This document shows, one piece after another, positions 58,184 through 64,000 of a stretch of DNA of 64,000 nt; within the stretch, counting starts at the first letter, position 1, and each line of letters begins with the position of its first letter. Origin of the DNA: an uncultured Verrucomicrobiota bacterium (GTDB taxonomy: Bacteria; Verrucomicrobiota; Verrucomicrobiia; Limisphaerales; DTLC01); contig CAZKTA010000002.1 of NCBI GenBank assembly GCA_964555645.1, forward strand, positions 226,016 through 290,015, in the 5' to 3' direction. Both the position numbers and the translations under genes were made by a program. The notes beneath the pieces are model-generated. The model ran no database searches. It saw only the letters and a list, made by a program, of their open reading frames with translations, and had not been told where the DNA came from.

Positions 58184-58338
58184 AACCGCTGCAAAGACAT
58201 TTGTGTGTCAGATTGGTTCGGCGGCAAATGCAATGTTGGCTTTGAGTATGTCGGGCTAACGCAGGCGCCTTAATGAAATGCGCCCGCGTCTTCAACTGCG
58301 CAAAAGCGCAGCTCGAAAGCTAAGACCTGCCTCGCCTT

Positions 58339-59334
58339 TCAACTACTAGAAGCTGCAACTGCTTGGTAAAATGCGTCAAGATTCGCTAATGGCGTTGCCA
58401 CAGGTACATCACAACCTGATGAAACAACAAAATTACGCTTTCCGCGTGTTGCCTCCAGCAACTGAGTTACTCTGGCCTTGATTTCCTCTGGTGAACCTTG
58501 CACGAAAACAGAAACAGGATCCAGATTGCCGCACACAACAATGTGCTCAGGCACTTTTGACAGGGCTCCCACAATGTCCATAGGCACACCAAAATGCAGG
58601 ACCTTGGCCCCGGTCTGAAGCACAGAAGCCAAGTGCACTGGCTTGGCTGAACAGCAATGAAATATCACGGTAAATTCCGCCAGACTAAAAGATTCGATAA
58701 TCCTTCGCACGTAAGCTGATGAGAATGTCGCAAATCCGGCGGGTGACAATAAACCTGCACCGGGTTCAGCCATAATAACTCCGTTGGCATTGGCCTCCCG
58801 GAATGTTCGTATGTAAGCGCTCAAAAACGCAGTCGTTTTTTCAAGCAGTTCGTGCATCAGCTCGGGCTCCGTTACCGTTAATTGGCATGCCTCGCTTAAC
58901 CCAACAAGCCGCGCCGCAAGCGTAAATGGACCAATACAACCCCCAAAAACAAACTGTGCGCCCGGCAGCTTCCGTAACAAGGCCGTTGCTTCGAGATAAA
59001 CCTGGGTCCGTTTATCCCCCGGCATCGGGATTTTCAGCGCATGTATCTGGCCGGGGTCAGTCACAATCGGCCCTGTTGTGGTTGGCACCTCGTCTTCGCC
59101 CAACTGCACAGGACAACCGAATGCTTCAGCCTCCACACTCAGGTCCATCGCGGTAAACACAACCGGTGTATTGTACCGGTCATGCAACACCGCCACCACA
59201 TCGCATTGCGCCTGTGGGTTTGTGACAACATCATACACGCGCCAGTTGGTCAACCGCGTGCCGGGATAAACGGCCAATGGCATTGCCAACGGTTTGTTTG
59301 CACTCAAAACAAAATCATGAAAATTGTTCTTCAT
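58339..59334 (-). CDS. Uroporphyrinogen decarboxylase (URO-D) family protein, MtaA/CmuA-like
   Basis: The 331 aa product resembles the URO-D-like methyltransferase branch in overall pattern (..FTAMDLSVEAEAFGC.., ..GGCIGPFTLAARL.., ..FHCCS.., ..SSGCDVP..). It is shorter than a true HemE. Confidence 0.65.
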   Translation of the reverse strand: MKNNFHDFVLSANKPLAMPLAVYPGTRLTNWRVYDVVTNPQAQCDVVAVLHDRYNTPVVFTAMDLSVEAEAFGCPVQLGEDEVPTTTGPIVTDPGQIHALKIPMPGDKRTQVYLEATALLRKLPGAQFVFGGCIGPFTLAARLVGLSEACQLTVTEPELMHELLEKTTAFLSAYIRTFREANANGVIMAEPGAGLLSPAGFATFSSAYVRRIIESFSLAEFTVIFHCCSAKPVHLASVLQTGAKVLHFGVPMDIVGALSKVPEHIVVCGNLDPVSVFVQGSPEEIKARVTQLLEATRGKRNFVVSSGCDVPVATPLANLDAFYQAVAASSS

Positions 59335-59415
59335 CGAATTTCAGCGGTTAACGTGTGAGTTTTCACTATTGTGTGATCGGACGAAAAGCACAACCGAGAA
59401 GTTACCGCCGGTTTG

Positions 59416-61227
59416 TTACCAACCGACTTGGCGGTCCTTGTTCTGCGCCTGCAAATACTTCATTAGTGGCGCGTAATACTCTAGCATTGCCTTTGCGCTG
59501 ATGTCTTCACCGGTAGCCTCCCGGATTAACTGGCGCCAGTCGCGTGTCGCGCCTACCTTCATCAGATTGTAAAGAAACGCGCCGACCTCTTTGTTTCCGT
59601 AGTAACTGCAATTGTGGGGGTCAGCGCGCAGCAGGTTTTTTGCAATGTACATGTGCAATTGATACTTTATGGCAAAGGCAATGGCATACTTGTAATACTG
59701 CGCTGGGTCATCGTTAATGTGAGTTTTTGTTGCCGGGTCGCAATACTCCTCGCCGCGTGGTTCAGGGGGTGAAATACCCTGAAACTTCTCAACATATTCC
59801 CACCACCGCCTGTTAAGCGTATCTGCTGAAAGATTGCCTTCGTAAAAGTCATGCTCCCATGATGTCATCACACCCGCCGACCACGGAATGAACACGATCT
59901 GGTCTAGTGCACTGTTCAAGAGCCATTGAATTCGGTCGAATTCGACATCAGCCTGCACGACTCCAACCTGCTTCAAGTAGGGCAGTTGCATGGTTGGCGC
60001 TGCCAGTGTCTCGGCCATTGCCTCGTGAAACGCCGGGCTTGCACCTTCACGCAATACAACCGGCACTTCTGGTCTGGCGTAGCTCAACTGGTAAAAGATG
60101 TGGCCCAGTTCATGATGCGCTGTGGCGAACCAACCAGCATCGGCTTTTACGCTCATTAACGAACGGACGTCACCTTCCAAATTTATGTCCCAAGCAGATG
60201 CATGCGTGTTTTTCTTACGGGCAGCGTCGGCTGGAAGTTCGTACAGGTCTGATTTTTCCCAAAAGCTCGCCGGCACCTTCGGCAGGCCAAGCGATTCACC
60301 ATAACCAACAGCCTGGCGCACGATCCACTCCGGGGTTTTGCCTGCAAACCACCTGTCCAAGTCCAGCCCTTCAACAAGTCCGGGCCATTCCTGACCCCAA
60401 CGGTTTGGTAACCAATGCGCTGGTATTAGCCTTGGGACAGGTTGACCGTATCGTTCGGCCAGCCGATGCCGTGCCCAGCAATGCAACTGCTCATACAGCG
60501 GCTTGGTTTGCTGAACAAGCTCCTCGGTCAACGCTTTCATTTCGGCTGCGCTCATCCCGAAGCCCGCGACCTGTAGCCCAAAAAATGAGCTGAACCCCAT
60601 CTCGCGTGCGACTTGATTACGCAACTCTCGCAGCCTCAGCAACCCGGGCTTAAGTGCGACTCCAGACTCTTTAGACGCTTTCCAAACTGCAAGTCGCTCG
60701 GACAGATTTGTGGAGGTCCGAAGTAAATAATCAATCTGGTTTGGTGTGATTGACTCCGGTGCAGCTGCACCGGGCGGTGTCCATCTAAACTGGAATCCGT
60801 CCAGGATCGCGCTTTGCTGTGCTTCGGCCTCGATACGCGCTTTGACCACATCTGGAATTGTCCCCGGCGCCTCGGCTGCGCGCAGCCAGATCATTCGCAA
60901 CTGGCGCACTGTAAGTTCATCAAGCTGGTTTGTGTGCTGTAGAAACGCACGCGTTTTTTGGATCACCCACCGACTACCCACAAAAGCTGCCTTCGCCTGT
61001 TCAGCCCCTATGCGTCGGCCCGTGTTTTCAGGTGTGACATCAGTGCTGGCTAACCAGGATGCCTCCTGTGCAACGGTGTAAAGCCGCTGGTATATACCAT
61101 TGTAAAACTCTAAAAACCGCTTAGCTTCGGCTGCGACCGAGCCGGGTTCGCTGGCTTGAATCTGGACCGTGCTCAACATCGCAAACAGAGCTAATTCAAC
61201 AAAACGTGGTTTTAAGCTCCTGATCAT
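59416..61227 (-). CDS. M2-family peptidyl-dipeptidase (angiotensin-converting-enzyme-like)
   Basis: It has a signal peptide, the zinc motif HHELGHIFY, and a downstream FHEAMAE, the third ligand Glu spaced as in M2/ACE. Confidence 0.75.
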   Translation of the reverse strand: MIRSLKPRFVELALFAMLSTVQIQASEPGSVAAEAKRFLEFYNGIYQRLYTVAQEASWLASTDVTPENTGRRIGAEQAKAAFVGSRWVIQKTRAFLQHTNQLDELTVRQLRMIWLRAAEAPGTIPDVVKARIEAEAQQSAILDGFQFRWTPPGAAAPESITPNQIDYLLRTSTNLSERLAVWKASKESGVALKPGLLRLRELRNQVAREMGFSSFFGLQVAGFGMSAAEMKALTEELVQQTKPLYEQLHCWARHRLAERYGQPVPRLIPAHWLPNRWGQEWPGLVEGLDLDRWFAGKTPEWIVRQAVGYGESLGLPKVPASFWEKSDLYELPADAARKKNTHASAWDINLEGDVRSLMSVKADAGWFATAHHELGHIFYQLSYARPEVPVVLREGASPAFHEAMAETLAAPTMQLPYLKQVGVVQADVEFDRIQWLLNSALDQIVFIPWSAGVMTSWEHDFYEGNLSADTLNRRWWEYVEKFQGISPPEPRGEEYCDPATKTHINDDPAQYYKYAIAFAIKYQLHMYIAKNLLRADPHNCSYYGNKEVGAFLYNLMKVGATRDWRQLIREATGEDISAKAMLEYYAPLMKYLQAQNKDRQVGW

Positions 61228-61249
61228 AAACTGAGTTTCCTGCTGAAAA

Positions 61250-63610
61250 CTACCTTTCGGCTGTGCGCATACTCAGCAGTTTTCCGCGCCCCACAAAATA
61301 CAACAGCAACACAAGCCCGACAAATGGCATAAGCGCAAGCAGGTCTGCGTATGGCCCTGCAAAGAAAGCATTGTGCAACTGCATCCAGTTGCTGATTTTG
61401 GTGTCAAATTCACTCAACGCTGCTGCAATAAATGCAATGACAATACCCGCAATTGCGCCACCGGCGATGTAACCGCTTGCCAGCAGCACCCCCGGGCTTT
61501 TGTCGCTCTCAGCGGCAAGCTGTGCTGCATCGAGGTTGTGTCCGCGCAACTGCCGGCGCAATGCCCGATCAACTAGCCACCGGATTAATCCGCCAATAAA
61601 GATGGGACTTGACGCCGAAATCGGCAAATACACACCCACTGCGAATGCAAGAGACGATACACCGCACAGTTCAAGTACAATCGCGCTCATAACGCCAAAC
61701 AACATCAATGCCCACGGTAATTCACCCCCTAAAATCCCTTTGATGATGTAGCTCATCAACGTGGCCTTCGGCGCGAAAAACTTTCGCACCTCGGTTCCAT
61801 CGGGTCGTTGTTTGTAAACGCCGTTTATACCCGGGTCCACATACCAAACCGCAGCACCTGTATCATCCACAAGATATTTCCCAGCCGGGCCGTCCGTCGA
61901 GTCGGTCTTGTGCCAAACGCGATAGCCGTGGGGATCACTCTTGGCCTGTGGACCCACAAGTTTTTCAACTTTTTCAAGCTTTACCTCTGCCGGTACACGC
62001 AAGCCGGGCGCAACTTGCGCCGCCGGCACGTAAACTGTGCCAGCGTTGTTCAAGCCAAGCAAAATTGGGCCAAGAGCAAGCGCAGACACACTGGCGCCAA
62101 TCAGAATGGCGGTCTGCTGGTATTTTGGGGTCGCACCGAGGAGAAATCCGGTCTTCAAATCCTGCGATGTCGTGCCACCATTGGACGCTGCAATGCATAC
62201 AATCCCACCTACCGAAAGCGCCGTCACATAGTACACACCGCCTTTCCAACCAACGATCAAGAATGCCAAGCACGTCAGAAGCAGCGTGGCAACCGTCATG
62301 CCCGAGATTGGGTTTGATGATGAACCAATTTCACCCGTCAGCCGAGACGATACGGTCACGAAAAGAAACCCGAAAATGACAATAAGTATCGCCCCCAACA
62401 GGTTCATGTGCAGCGGCCGGGCAAGCAATATCGCGACAATCAAAACAACAATGCCACCCAAAACAAACCGCATTGAAAGATCCTGCTCGGTACGCAGTTT
62501 CGGCGCAGATGCAACACCTTGATCAGTGGGCTTTCCTCTGGCTTTGCCAAAGGTAAGTCGGGGCAAGGTTAAATCCGAAAGACTGGCTCGGATACCATGC
62601 AAAATTATCGGTAACGACCTTAACAAGCTGATGATACCACCTGTTGCAACAGCACCAGCCCCAATGTACAAGATGTAAGCATCTCTGAGCTGGTCAGGTG
62701 ACATGTCGCGTATGGGTATGTTGGCCGGGGCCACAGGCGCCGAGAGTCCCTCACCGAAGAACTTGATCAACGGGATGAACAACAAATACGACATTGCGCC
62801 GCCGGCCATAACAATGCTCGAGATGCGCGGGCCGATGATGTAGCCCACGCCAAGTAGCTCGGGCGAAATTTCGGCTGAGATCGAGCCGCCCTTCAGCGGC
62901 GGACCAAAGATCTTTTCTGGGATGTCTTTCCAACATTTAAACGCCGACATCATTGTCTTGTACACGAGGCCGATACCGAACCCGGTAAAAATGGCCTTTG
63001 CACTTGGCCGATGCACAGCTCGGACTGGCGCCTCAAGTGCGGTATATTGTGTACCTGCGCGTACAGCGACTGCGCGCGATTCGGCATCTGCGCCCGCTTT
63101 TAACACCTCGGCACATGCGGTGCCTTCCGGATACTTGAGCTGACCATGCTGCCCGACAATCAGCGCACGCCGCAGTGGAATCATCATCAATATGCCGAGT
63201 AACCCACCTAGCAACGCAACAAGCATTACACGGCTGATCTCAAGATCAAACCCGAGGATTAAAATGGCCGGCATCGTCACTCCGATGCCAAATGCAATTG
63301 ATTCGCCCGCTGAGCCTGCGGTCTGGACGATGTTGTTCTCGAGCACGGTGGCGTCGCGCCCGCCAAACTTTGACCAAAGCCGAAACATCGCCAGTGAAAT
63401 CACAGCCACAGGTATTGAGGCGCTTACCGTCAAACCAACTTTCAAAACAAGGTAAAGCGACGACGCACCAAATACCACGCCCAGCAACGTTCCAGCAATA
63501 ACTCCCCGTAAGGTGAACTCGCGCAAGTGCACCTCGGCCGGTATGTAAGGCCGGAACACACCGCCTTGGTTAGTACCAGTACTTGCGTTGTTGACGGTAG
63601 CCATTGACAA
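61250..63610 (-). CDS. OPT-family oligopeptide transporter
   Basis: The 786 aa product has about 16 transmembrane segments. The N-terminal REFTLRGVIAGTLLGVVFGASSLYLVLKVGLTVSASIP is typical of bacterial OPT proteins, and there is a large soluble insertion mid-protein. Confidence 0.8.
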   Translation of the reverse strand: MSMATVNNASTGTNQGGVFRPYIPAEVHLREFTLRGVIAGTLLGVVFGASSLYLVLKVGLTVSASIPVAVISLAMFRLWSKFGGRDATVLENNIVQTAGSAGESIAFGIGVTMPAILILGFDLEISRVMLVALLGGLLGILMMIPLRRALIVGQHGQLKYPEGTACAEVLKAGADAESRAVAVRAGTQYTALEAPVRAVHRPSAKAIFTGFGIGLVYKTMMSAFKCWKDIPEKIFGPPLKGGSISAEISPELLGVGYIIGPRISSIVMAGGAMSYLLFIPLIKFFGEGLSAPVAPANIPIRDMSPDQLRDAYILYIGAGAVATGGIISLLRSLPIILHGIRASLSDLTLPRLTFGKARGKPTDQGVASAPKLRTEQDLSMRFVLGGIVVLIVAILLARPLHMNLLGAILIVIFGFLFVTVSSRLTGEIGSSSNPISGMTVATLLLTCLAFLIVGWKGGVYYVTALSVGGIVCIAASNGGTTSQDLKTGFLLGATPKYQQTAILIGASVSALALGPILLGLNNAGTVYVPAAQVAPGLRVPAEVKLEKVEKLVGPQAKSDPHGYRVWHKTDSTDGPAGKYLVDDTGAAVWYVDPGINGVYKQRPDGTEVRKFFAPKATLMSYIIKGILGGELPWALMLFGVMSAIVLELCGVSSLAFAVGVYLPISASSPIFIGGLIRWLVDRALRRQLRGHNLDAAQLAAESDKSPGVLLASGYIAGGAIAGIVIAFIAAALSEFDTKISNWMQLHNAFFAGPYADLLALMPFVGLVLLLYFVGRGKLLSMRTAER

Positions 63611-63882
63611 CTTGGCAGTAAATTTCCGGTACGCTACCGTGAAGCTACCTGCAAATTCAATCCCGTTGTCGCCTCCAGCAGGTAGTTACCAAGGCGTGCT
63701 TTCGGTTAAAACATTGGAACAGCGCGGACACCTGCTTGGTGAAATGCAAAGCGTTCCCCGCAATGGCAGAATGCCAACGCCGCGGCGTATTGAAAGTTGT
63801 AGCCAAAGCCGCGTACTTCAATTCGCTTGGGTGCAGGTTAAATCTAATTGAAAACTGCCCTTTCCTGTATCATTCTAACCGC

Positions 63883-64000
63883 ATGCAACCGGTTTTTAGC
63901 GGCCAAGTTTATGTTGTAGGGGATAACATTGACACTGACCAGATTATACCTGCGCAATACCTGAACCTTGTCCCGACAATACCCGAAGAATACGAGAAAC
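63883..64000 (+). CDS. leuD: 3-isopropylmalate dehydratase small subunit (N-terminal fragment, runs off window)
   Basis: My translation from the ATG at 63883 is MQPVFSGQVYVVGDNIDTDQIIPAQYLNLVPTIPEEYEK, matching the GDNIDTDQIIPA signature of LeuD and aconitase swivel domains. Confidence 0.7.
   Translation, partial: MQPVFSGQVYVVGDNIDTDQIIPAQYLNLVPTIPEEYEK

Noticed and set aside
1-64000. Scan for tRNA, rRNA, tmRNA, RNase P RNA, CRISPR arrays, transposases, integrases and defence-system genes
   Set aside because: I found no T-loop/acceptor patterns (GGTTCGAATCC-like), no regularly spaced direct repeats, no RNase P or tmRNA signatures and no recombinase-like ORFs by eye. Absence is provisional without tRNAscan, Infernal or HMM runs.

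Overview
This 64 kb window looks like chromosomal DNA from a PVC-superphylum bacterium, most likely Verrucomicrobiota. The taxon call rests on three protein types: a prepilin-type/DUF1559 protein, a PEP-CTERM protein, and a protein with autotransporter-associated beta-strand repeats. I saw no rRNA, tRNA, CRISPR array, transposase or integrase.

About two thirds is tightly packed housekeeping: moxR (partial), ftsK, yihY, gcvH-grx-lipA, hisG, purN, lysS, sodA, hisH, adk, hemD, fmt, nadA, nuoA, folB and leuD (partial). Between these sit lineage-typical exported proteins: an S8 protease, a lipase-like hydrolase, a large glycoside hydrolase, LamG/Ig adhesin-like proteins and an ACE-like M2 peptidase next to an OPT transporter.

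The observations most worth a second look:
1. A roughly 260-285 nt intergenic element occurs twice in opposite orientation (7603-7862 and 13758-14042). Identical blocks are separated by divergent segments, and reading frame is not conserved, so it is a candidate ncRNA or miniature repeat family.
2. A 16-20 bp palindrome, TCACCCGAT(T/C)GGGTGATAG on the coding strand, lies 89-110 nt upstream of three consecutive exported-protein genes (53272-58079). It looks like a shared operator or 5-prime UTR hairpin.
3. A 597 aa protein consists of two tandem atypical kinase-like domains, the second apparently degenerate.
4. A C-terminal domain ending in FY(R/x)V recurs on at least four secreted proteins.
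5. A PPC/LamG surface-protein gene is split by a 1 nt frameshift.
6. A 33 aa bS22-like micro-ORF is absent from the ORF track.

I found no recognisable defence system or mobile element. All functional calls come from reading motifs by eye and need database confirmation.
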